In this document: piece after piece, positions 29,106-37,713 of the stretch | Layout of the letters: every line of letters starts with the position of its first letter | Position numbering within the stretch: position 1 is the stretch's first letter | Source: an uncultured Acidobacteriota bacterium | Lineage (GTDB): Bacteria; Acidobacteriota; Thermoanaerobaculia; Gp7-AA8 | Reading direction: 5' to 3' | Assembly (NCBI GenBank): GCA_963822445.1 | Contig: CAWGHO010000003.1 | Span: 928,001 to 992,000 of the forward strand | Length of the DNA stretch: 64,000 nucleotides | Translations under genes and position numbers: made by a program | Notes under the pieces: generated by a model | Told to the model about the DNA's origin: nothing | Database searches by the model: none | Seen by the model: the letters and a program-made list of their open reading frames with translations, nothing else

Positions 29106-31180
29106 AAAAGCGCGCGGTCATCGCCGTTGCGCTCATCGTCGTCGCCGTGGCGGCGTTCTTCGTGCTGCGGCGTGGCGCCGTCGGTGTCGCGGCACTCGGC
29201 TCGAAACAGCCGGACATCATTCTGGTCACGATCGACACCCTCCGCGCCGACGGCATCAGCTTCACCGGCAGCAAGCGGGTGAGCACGCCCTTTCTCGACG
29301 AGCTGGCGCGCGGCGGCGTGTACTACCGCAACGCCCACGCGCATAACGTGGTCACGCTGCCGTCGCACTCGAACATCCTCACCGGCCTCCTGCCGTATCA
29401 GCACGGCGTGCGCGAAAACGCCGGTTTCGTGCTCGACCCGAAGCACAAGACCGTGGCGGCGCTGCTCAAGGAGAAGGGATACGCGACCGGGGCATTCGTC
29501 GCCGCGTTTCCGCTCGACGCTCGTTTCGGTTTAGGCGCCGGCTTCGACGTTTACGACGACGAGTATCCCGAGGCGACGAAGCCGACGGCGTTCGTCGTGC
29601 CGGAGCGCGGCGCATCGGAAGTCTTCGCCGCCGCGCAGCAATGGTTCGACTCGGTCACCGACCGCGGCCGCTTCCTGTGGGTGCACGTGTACGAGCCGCA
29701 CGCGCCGTACAACCCGCCCTCGCCGTATCGGGAGAAGTACAAAGACAATCCTTACTACGGCGAGATCGCCGCGCTCGACGAAGTCCTCGGCGGTTTCCTT
29801 CGCCCGATCCTCGAAAAGAATCCGAACACGCTGCTCATCGTCACCGCCGATCACGGCGAGGGGATGAGCGAGCATGGCGAGATCACCCACGGCGTCTTCG
29901 CCTACGAGGAGACGCTGCACGTTCCGCTGATCGTTCACGAGAAGGGCCGCGTCGCGCCGCGGGTCGAGCAGAGCTATGTCCGGCACGTCGACATCGTCCC
30001 GACGATCCTCGAGCGCGCCGGACTCGAAAAGCCGAAGGAGCTCCTGGGCGAGTCATTGCTGCGGATCGAAAAGGAGCGCGACACCTACTTCGAAGCGCTC
30101 ACCGCGAACATCAACCTCGGCTGGGCGCCGCTCATCGGCATGATTCACGGCGGCCACAAGTACATCGAGCTTCCACTCCCCGAGCTCTACGACCTCGGCG
30201 CCGATCCGCGGGAGAAGAAGAACATCCTCACCGACAACCGGCGGATGACCACGCGCATCCGCTCGATGCTGGCCAGTGCCGCGCCTGCGGCGGGCCCGAT
30301 CGAGCGCAATCTCTCGCCGGAAGAAGCGCGCAAGCTGCTCAGTCTCGGATACCTGGCCGGCACCGCCGCGGCCAAAAAGGAGTACACCGAGCGCGACGAT
30401 CCGAAGAACGTCGTCCATCTCTACACGATCATGATGGATGCGATCGCGAAGTATCAGCAGGGCGACCTCGAGGAGTCGATGCGCATCGCCCGGACGGTGA
30501 TCGCCGAGCGCGCGGAGATGGCCATGGCCCGCGACTTCCTCGCCTTCGTCCTGCAGGAGAGCGAAAAAGGGGCGGAAGCGGAAGGCGTCATCCGCGAGGC
30601 GATGGCCGCGGGCACCGCGACCGACGCCATGCGCAAGCGCCTCGGCCTGCTGCTCAGCGAAAGCGGTCGCCCCGAAGAGGCGGTGAAGGTTCTCGCGGAG
30701 TTCTCCGGGTCGCGCGACCCCGATCTGCTCAATGCCTACGGAATCGCGCTCGCGGACATGGGCCGCTTTCCCGCGGCCATCCAGCAGTTCGAGAGCGCCT
30801 TGCGGATCGATCGGACGAACGCGACGGCCTATCAGAACCTCGGCGTGGTCGCCTTGCGCGTGAACGATCTCGCCCGGGCCGAGCAGTATCTCGGCCGCGC
30901 CCTTCAGCTCAATGCGCAGATGCCGCTGGCCCTGAACTCGATGGGGGTGGTCTACGCCCGCCGCAATGATTTGCCGCGCGCGCTGGAGTCCTGGAAGCGG
31001 GCTGTGGCGGTCGATCCGAAGCAATATGACGCTTTGTTCAACATTGGGCTCGTCGCCGGCAACGCGGGCCGGTACGATGAGTCCCGCCAAGCCTTAGAAC
31101 AGTTCGTAAAAACCGCGCCGAAAGAGCGGTACGCGCAGGACATCGCCCGCGCGCGTTCCGCGCTCCAGGCGTTGCCTTGA
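29102..31180 (+). CDS. Sulfatase-like membrane-anchored protein with TPRs
   Basis: N-terminal TM, VTIDTLRAD, VVTLPSH, YEPH, ADHGE and a TPR tail. Confidence 0.88.
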   Translation: MKKRAVIAVALIVVAVAAFFVLRRGAVGVAALGSKQPDIILVTIDTLRADGISFTGSKRVSTPFLDELARGGVYYRNAHAHNVVTLPSHSNILTGLLPYQHGVRENAGFVLDPKHKTVAALLKEKGYATGAFVAAFPLDARFGLGAGFDVYDDEYPEATKPTAFVVPERGASEVFAAAQQWFDSVTDRGRFLWVHVYEPHAPYNPPSPYREKYKDNPYYGEIAALDEVLGGFLRPILEKNPNTLLIVTADHGEGMSEHGEITHGVFAYEETLHVPLIVHEKGRVAPRVEQSYVRHVDIVPTILERAGLEKPKELLGESLLRIEKERDTYFEALTANINLGWAPLIGMIHGGHKYIELPLPELYDLGADPREKKNILTDNRRMTTRIRSMLASAAPAAGPIERNLSPEEARKLLSLGYLAGTAAAKKEYTERDDPKNVVHLYTIMMDAIAKYQQGDLEESMRIARTVIAERAEMAMARDFLAFVLQESEKGAEAEGVIREAMAAGTATDAMRKRLGLLLSESGRPEEAVKVLAEFSGSRDPDLLNAYGIALADMGRFPAAIQQFESALRIDRTNATAYQNLGVVALRVNDLARAEQYLGRALQLNAQMPLALNSMGVVYARRNDLPRALESWKRAVAVDPKQYDALFNIGLVAGNAGRYDESRQALEQFVKTAPKERYAQDIARARSALQALP

Positions 31181-31200
31181 CGGATCCCAAGGAGAACCCG

Positions 31201-33285
31201 ATGAACACGAGACGCATGCTGAGCATCCTGTTGACCATCGCCGTGGCCGCGCCCGTTCTCGCGCAGCGTGTCGGCGAGGCCGTGCAGGTCACCGTCGTCG
31301 AAGTCCCGGTCACGGTCGCCGACCGCGAAGGGAAGTCGGTCGCCGGTCTCACCGCGGAGAACTTCGAGCTGTATGACGAAGGGAAGCGCGTGCCGATCGA
31401 GTACTTCGACGTTCTCGATCTCTCCTCAACGTCGACGGTCAACGTGGACGTGCCCGCCGAAGCACTTCCTCCCGCCGCGACGCGTCACTTCCTGCTGATG
31501 TTCGACATCGCCAACTCATCGCCGGGCACGATCGGCCGCGCGCGCGAGGCCGCACGCACATTCGTCACGAGGGATCTCGGCCCGCGCGATCTCGCCGCGG
31601 TGGCCACGTTCACAGTCGAAGCGGGCGCGCGGATGGTCACCAACTTCACGAGGGACCGGCGCCTGCTGACGAGTGCGATCGAGACGCTCGGCCATCCGAA
31701 GTTCTTCAAGGTCGCCGATCCGCTGATGATCTCCGCCAACACCAGCGGCGGCGGGTCGGACGGCGGCCCGGGCGCGGGCATCGATGCCGACGCGATCTTC
31801 GCCGAGCTCACCCAGGACCAGCAGCGGCTCGCGAAATCGGCACATGACAACGAAATGCGCAATCGCCTGCGCATCCAGTTCTCGAACATGGGCAAGGTCG
31901 CGCGCGCGCTCGATCGCCTGCGCGGCCAGAAGCAGATCGTGCTGTTGTCGGAAGGCTTCGATTCGCGTCTCGTTCAGGGACGCGAGGTTCTCGGAGCAGA
32001 GGCCACGAAGGAAGCGGACACGATCATGGCCGGCGAAGTGTGGAAGGTCGACAGCGAGCAGCGCTTCGGCAGCTCTTCCTCCACGAACGACGTCATGGAC
32101 ATGGCCGAGCTCTTCCGCCGGTCGGACGTCGTGCTGCACGCGATCGACATCAAGGGACTCCGTGGAGCAGCAACAGACGCGAGCACGGCCAACGCCACGC
32201 AGGGCAAATCGGTCGAGTCGCTTCACATGATCACCCGGCCCACCGGCGGAACGGTCTTCAAGAACTCCAACGATCTCGGCGAGACGTTCCAGAAGATGTT
32301 GAAGCAGCAGGAGATCATTTATCTCATCGGCTTCCAGGCCCGCGGCACCGGCAAACCGGGCAAGTTTCATTCGCTGAAAGTGAAGGCGAACACCCCTCGC
32401 GGCACGCGCGTGGCCCATCGCGTCGGCTACTACGAGCAGAGCGAGCAGATGACGGATCTCGAGCGGAACCTCACCCTCGCCGAGATCCTGATGACCGACG
32501 CGCAGATCGAGGACGTCGTTCTCAATCTCGGCGCGACCACGCTGCCCGGGCCGGGAGGAAAGGCGCGGGTTCCGGTGGTGGTGGAGATCCCCGCGAGCGG
32601 ATTACTCCAGGAATTGAAGGGCTCGAAGGCGAGTGCGCAGTTGCTGCTTTACGCGTTCAATGAGCACGATCAGGTCGTGGACTTCCTGCAGGAGCGCATC
32701 GGCCTCGACCTCGACGTCGCCGGCGACGCCGTTCGCAAGGGCGGCGTCCGCTATTACGGAACGCTGCGGCTGCCTCCGGGCAAACACGCCCTGAAGGCGC
32801 TGGTGCGGGTGAACGAGACCGGTCGCATCGGCTACAAGCGCGAAGACGTGGACGTTCCGGCCTTCGACAAGGCCGCGATCATGCCGCCGGTGGTATTCGA
32901 GGATCCGGGTCAGTGGGCGATGCTGTTCGGGCCCGCGCGCGGCGACGACTACCCGTACCCGTTCGCCGTCGGCGACGCGAAGTACATCCCCAAGAGCGAG
33001 CCGGAAGTGAAGGCGGGCCAGGAGTACAAGATCGCGCTGTTCCTGAATCGCGTACCGCTCGAGAATCTTTCGGTCCTGCCGACGCTGATCACGAAGGGCG
33101 GAACGCCGCAGCCCGCGAACCTGAAGCTCCTCGGCCGCAGCAGCGCCGACGAGCGCGGCTCGGTGAAGCTGATCTTCAACTTCACGCCGCAGAACATCGC
33201 CGCGGGCAATCACCAGCTTCGCTTCGATGTGAAGACCAGCGACGGAACGGAGACGGCAGTGACCCTGCCGTTCATCGTCCGCTGA
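31201..33285 (+). CDS. Acidobacterial-type VWA-domain protein
   Basis: VEVPVTVADREG…GLTAENFEL, KQIVLLSEG, TGG and Y.IGF…GKFHSLKV pattern; signal peptide. Confidence 0.85.
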   Translation: MNTRRMLSILLTIAVAAPVLAQRVGEAVQVTVVEVPVTVADREGKSVAGLTAENFELYDEGKRVPIEYFDVLDLSSTSTVNVDVPAEALPPAATRHFLLMFDIANSSPGTIGRAREAARTFVTRDLGPRDLAAVATFTVEAGARMVTNFTRDRRLLTSAIETLGHPKFFKVADPLMISANTSGGGSDGGPGAGIDADAIFAELTQDQQRLAKSAHDNEMRNRLRIQFSNMGKVARALDRLRGQKQIVLLSEGFDSRLVQGREVLGAEATKEADTIMAGEVWKVDSEQRFGSSSSTNDVMDMAELFRRSDVVLHAIDIKGLRGAATDASTANATQGKSVESLHMITRPTGGTVFKNSNDLGETFQKMLKQQEIIYLIGFQARGTGKPGKFHSLKVKANTPRGTRVAHRVGYYEQSEQMTDLERNLTLAEILMTDAQIEDVVLNLGATTLPGPGGKARVPVVVEIPASGLLQELKGSKASAQLLLYAFNEHDQVVDFLQERIGLDLDVAGDAVRKGGVRYYGTLRLPPGKHALKALVRVNETGRIGYKREDVDVPAFDKAAIMPPVVFEDPGQWAMLFGPARGDDYPYPFAVGDAKYIPKSEPEVKAGQEYKIALFLNRVPLENLSVLPTLITKGGTPQPANLKLLGRSSADERGSVKLIFNFTPQNIAAGNHQLRFDVKTSDGTETAVTLPFIVR

Positions 33286-33308
33286 TCGAACCGTATACTT
33301 TGCCTCGC

Positions 33309-34007
33309 GTGGAAAACGGCGTTTCGGAGTTCGAGCAGCGCATCGGTTACACGTTCGTCCGCCGCGATCTCCTGCGGCGCGCGCTCACTCACAAGTCGTA
33401 CTCGCACGAGGCGAAGGACTTCGAGGTCCGCCACAACGAGACCTTCGAGTTTCTCGGCGACTCGGTCCTCGGCTTCGTCATCGGCGACCTGCTCTTCCAG
33501 CACTTTCCGGCAGCTCGATGAAGGCGCGCTTTCGAAGATGAAGGCGTACCTCGTCAGCGCCCCGAGCCTCGCGAAAAAAGCCGCGCGAGTACGGGATGGG
33601 CGACGTGATCCTCCTCGGCGTCGGCGAGGAGAAAACCGGCGGCCGGAAGAAGGACTCGCTGCTCGCGAACCTGTTCGAGGCGGTGATCGCCGCGATCTAC
33701 CTCGACGGCGGCATCGAGCCGGCGCGCAAGGTGATCGAGAGCACGTTCCGCGATGACATCCGCGCGATCGACGAGGAGGACCTTCTCTTTCACGACTACA
33801 AGACCGCGCTGCAGGAAGTCGCGCAGGCGAAGGGGCTTCCGTTGCCGGAGTACAACGTCGTGGCCGAGGTGGGGCCGGATCACGACAAGCGTTTCGTGGT
33901 CGAGGTGAAGCTCGGGCGGCCAGACGTCGCAGGGCGAAGGCTCATCGAAAAAGGAAGCGCAGCAGCAGGCGGCTCGTCATGCATTGCGCGAATTCGCTAA
34001 TCGGTGA
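33309..34007 (+). CDS. rnc: Ribonuclease III (apparent frameshifts at about 33510, 33585 and 33915)
   Basis: ALTHKS, NETFEFLGDS, LFEAVIAAIYLD, DYKTALQE, GPDHDK and GSSKKEAQQQAA spread over different frames. Confidence 0.9.
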
Positions 34008-34015
34008 GATCAAAA

Positions 34016-34168
34016 GGGACCGACCGGGGGGCCTCCGGCGGGCCGGCACGGCCGGCAGCGCTGATGTTGGCGTGAACGCGGGTAGCGCAACCAGCGCGGT
34101 CGCGGCAGAAGGCACAACCAGCGCCTGCCGGCCCGTGGCCGGCCCGCCGGAGGCCCCCCGTCGTTCCC
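34016..34168. repeat. Long imperfect inverted repeat (REP/REPIN-like)
   Basis: GGGGGGCCTCCGGCGGGCC…GCCGGCAGCGCTG pairs with CAGCGCCTGCCGGC…GGCCCGCCGGAGGCCCCCC. Confidence 0.8.
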
Positions 34169-34170
34169 TC

Positions 34171-35280
34171 TTGATCGCAGCCCTGATCGCGATTCTCGCG
34201 GTGACGCCGGCGCACTCCCAGCGCACCGACCTCGATCGCATCCGCACCGACATCTCCAACCTTCGCAAACGCCTCGACAACGTTCGCCGGCAGGCCCAAT
34301 CGGCGGCGCGCGCAGCTGGAGGAAGTCGATCTCGAGCTTGGAATCCGGACGCAATGAGCTCGAGCTCGCGGCGCGCGAGGAGACGCGGATCAACGGGGAG
34401 CGCATCGCGACGCAGACGCAGATCGACGAGCTCATTCCGCGCATCGCCCGGCAGAAAGAAGACCTCCGCAAGCGTCTGGTCGCCCTCTACCGCCTCGGAG
34501 GGCTGAGTTACCTCCGCGTCCTTCTGACGTTGGAGAGCGATCGCAATCCCATCGAAGCCGTCTCCATGCTCAGCTACCTCGTTTCCCGCGATGCGCGTGC
34601 CGTTTCGCGGTTTCAGACGTCGCAAGGAACAACTGGCGGCGCGGCAGGTCGAGCTTGCCGATCGGCTCGCGCAGCTGCAGCAGGTCAAAGTGGTCGTCGA
34701 ACAGCGGCGGCGGGCGGTCGAGGTGGCGTACAAGCAACAACAGGCGGTGGTTGCGCGTCTAAGGACAGAGGAAACCGGTGCGGAACAGCAATTGGCGGTG
34801 CTCGAAGAGAAGGCCAGGCGGCTTCAGCGGCTCGTCGATGCCCTGTCCCAGACCCAGCGGGGCATCGGTCACGCGCTCGACATCCGCAGCGTTCAGGGTG
34901 CGCTCGACTGGCCGGTCAAGGGGAAAGTGTTCGAGCGGTTCGGCAAGCAGCGTAACCCGAAGTTTGCAACCTTCACGATCAATAACGGCCTGAAAATCGA
35001 GGCAGTTGCGGGCACACCCGTGCGGGCCGTGTTCGCTGGAACAGTTCTGTTTTCGCAGTGGTTCAAGGGGTACGGTAACTTGATCATTCTGGACCATGGG
35101 AATCGCGTCTTCTCGCTGTACGGCAACGTGAAGGCGTCGACGGTAGCCGTTGGTGATCGGATCGCCACCGGCCAGCCGATTGCAGGAGTGGGCGAGAGCG
35201 AGGACGCGAGCTCCGGCCATCTCTACTTCGAGATCCGGCAGGACAATCGCCCGGAAGATCCACAGACCTGGCTGCGCTGA
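34171..35280 (+). CDS. envC: EnvC-like murein hydrolase activator (coiled coil plus degenerate M23); frameshifted at about 34310 and 34620; start uncertain
   Basis: Signal-like helix, coiled coil, WPVKG…FG…NNGLKI, GYGNLIILDHG and HLYFEIR; Zn ligands are degenerate as in EnvC. Confidence 0.75.
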
Positions 35281-36474
35281 TGACGAAAAAACAAATCGCT
35301 TTCCTCTCCCTCTCCGTGGTGCTGATGATGACGCTGCTCGCGGGCGCCCTGTTCGGGCAGGCCACGCAGAAGAGCAACGTCTACCGATACCTGAGCATCT
35401 TCTCCGAGGTGTTCGACCTGGTGAGGAGCAACTACGTCGAGACCGTGACCTCCGAGCAGCTGATGGACGGCGCGTTCTCCGGCGTGACCGACGCCATCGA
35501 CGAGTTCAGCTACTACGTTCCGCCGATCGACATGCCGGCGCATGCGAAGTTCAGCGACATCGATGACAACGGCATCGGCGTCGTCGTCAGCAAGCGCTTC
35601 GGCTACGCGTACGTCGTGTCGGCCGTCGAAGGCTCGCCGGCGGACAAGGCCGGCGTCGAGCGGGGCGACTTCATCGAGAAGATCAACGGCAAGCTCGACC
35701 ACCACGATGCAGGTCTGGCAGATTCGCAATGCCCTGCGCAACAACGGGCCGGTCAAGCTGCAGATCCTGCACGGCGGCGAAACCAAGCGCTCCGAGATCG
35801 CCGTTTCGCCCGCCGAGTTCCATCCGCTCAAAGTCTCCAACGAGACCATCTCCGGCGTCGCGTACGTGAAGATTCCTTACTTCGAGAAAGGCTCCGCGGC
35901 CGAGTTCCGCGCCGCTCTCGACGACGTGCGCAAGCGCAACATCCGCAAGCTGATCGTCGACGTCCGCGGCAATGCCGGCGGCGTCGTCGAGGAAGCAATC
36001 ACCGCTGCCGACGATCTACTGACCAGCGGCGTCATCACCGCGCTCGAAGGCCGCACCGTCGAGGCGAAGAAGTGGCAGGCCGATCGCGAGACCGCGTTCG
36101 ACGGCGAGGTCGAAGTCCTCACCGACATGTCCACCGCGGCCGGCGGCGAGATCTTCGCCGGTGCCATTCGCGGCAACAACCGCGGCAAGGTCATCGGCGT
36201 GACCACGTACGGCAAGGCCATCGTCCAGAAATTCATCCCGCTCTCCAGCGGCGGCGGCGTGCAGATGACCGTCGCGCACTACACCACTCCCGACCTCAAG
36301 GCCATCACCGAGACTGGTGTGAAGCCCGATGTCGTCGTCGATCTCTCCACCCAGGCCCTCGACGATCCCGAGAAGAAGGACAAAGCCGACGAGGTCGATC
36401 TGATTCTCGAGAGAGCGCTCCGCCTCTTCGGCGCGATGCCTCCGGAGAAGGTCGTCGAGAAGAAGGCCGCTTAG
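35280..36474 (+). CDS. S41 (CtpA-like) PDZ protease homolog; frameshift at about 35700; catalytic Ser apparently replaced
   Basis: N-terminal TM, NYVE, PDZ (GSPADKAG…GDFI), DVRGNAGG, TYGKA and GVKPDV. Confidence 0.85.
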
Positions 36475-36550
36475 GCACACACTGACGGCATTTCGACGCA
36501 AACCATGACGCCCGGCTCCCGCCGGGCGTTATACTTATTGCGGTCCAAAA

Positions 36551-37708
36551 ATGCCCCTTCTCTCCATCCGTCTGTTCGGGGAGTTGTCTGCAACCGATTA
36601 CCGCGGAAACGCGCTGTCGATAGGCAACCGCCGCACGCAGGCCCTCGTGGTCTATCTCGCGCTTCGCGGCGGCAGGACGTCCATCGCGGAGATCGGCGAG
36701 CTGCTGTTCGAAGATCCGGGTGCGGAAACGCAGGTGCGCGCGGTCATTCGCGATCTTCAGTACGCGCTTCGCTATCTCTCGCCGGAGATCCTCGTCGACG
36801 ACGGACGGACGGTTCGCTTCAATCGCGACGAGGTGTCGGTCGACGCGCAGGAGTTCAACGACCTCATCTCCGGACCGTCGATCAACACCATCCGCAAGGC
36901 CGTCGAGATCTACCGCGGCAATCTCCTCGATAACTTCAGTACCGGCATCCGCCCTTTCGATGAATGGCTGGCCGAGCGGCGGTTGAACATGTGGCGCGGC
37001 GCGCTGTCGATGTTCGGCACGCTGCTGACCACGCAGATCAGGGCAGGGTGGTGGGAAGAGGCCGTCGAAACGGCCGGACGGCTGCTGTCGCTCGATCCGT
37101 CGCAGGAAGTAGTGCACCGCACGCTGATGCGGCTGCAACTCGAGCAGGGCCGCGCCGATGCAGCCATGCGCCGCTACCAGGAATGCGCGGACGTCCTCCG
37201 CCGCGATTACGGACGCGAGCCGAGCGCGGAGACGGAGCGTCTGCGCCAGGAGATTGCCGTTGCCCTCGAGCGCGAGCCCGCGCCTCGCGAGGTCTCGCCG
37301 TCCTCGCGCAAAAACGGCGGACCGACCCTCGTTCTCGTCGTCGAAGATGACCTGGTCTCCTCCGCGCTCATCGACGCCTTCCTCGTCGAAGCGGGATATG
37401 AAGTGGTCACCGTTGCCGACGGCGCGGACGCGCTGCTCGAGCTCGGCCGGCGCAAGTTCGATCTGCTCATCCTCGACATCAACATCCCTACGCTCAGCGG
37501 CCTGAAGCTCTTCGAGATCATGCTGCAGAAGCAGATCCAAACGCCGGCCCTCTTCATCACCGGCATCAGCGGCGTCGAAGTGGAAACGCGCAGCCTGGAA
37601 ATGGGCGCCGCCGGTTTCCTGCGTAAGCCAATCCGCAAGGAAGTGCTGGTTCCCAAGGTGCGGGGTATCCTGAAGCGCAGCGGCCGTCACGCGGCCGCCG
37701 GCGAATAA
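36551..37708 (+). CDS. SARP/BTAD-type transcriptional regulator with a C-terminal receiver domain
   Basis: IRLFG…ALVVYLAL, YRGNLL…FDEWL, LDPSQEVVHRTLM and REPSAET; REC motifs LVVEDD, ILDINIP, RKP. Confidence 0.88.
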   Translation: MPLLSIRLFGELSATDYRGNALSIGNRRTQALVVYLALRGGRTSIAEIGELLFEDPGAETQVRAVIRDLQYALRYLSPEILVDDGRTVRFNRDEVSVDAQEFNDLISGPSINTIRKAVEIYRGNLLDNFSTGIRPFDEWLAERRLNMWRGALSMFGTLLTTQIRAGWWEEAVETAGRLLSLDPSQEVVHRTLMRLQLEQGRADAAMRRYQECADVLRRDYGREPSAETERLRQEIAVALEREPAPREVSPSSRKNGGPTLVLVVEDDLVSSALIDAFLVEAGYEVVTVADGADALLELGRRKFDLLILDINIPTLSGLKLFEIMLQKQIQTPALFITGISGVEVETRSLEMGAAGFLRKPIRKEVLVPKVRGILKRSGRHAAAGE

Positions 37709-37713
37709 GGAAC

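Noticed and set aside
33309-36474. Programmed frameshifting or true pseudogenes in rnc, envC and ctpA
   Set aside because: Many scattered single-base shifts with no consistent slippery motif; sequencing error is the simpler explanation
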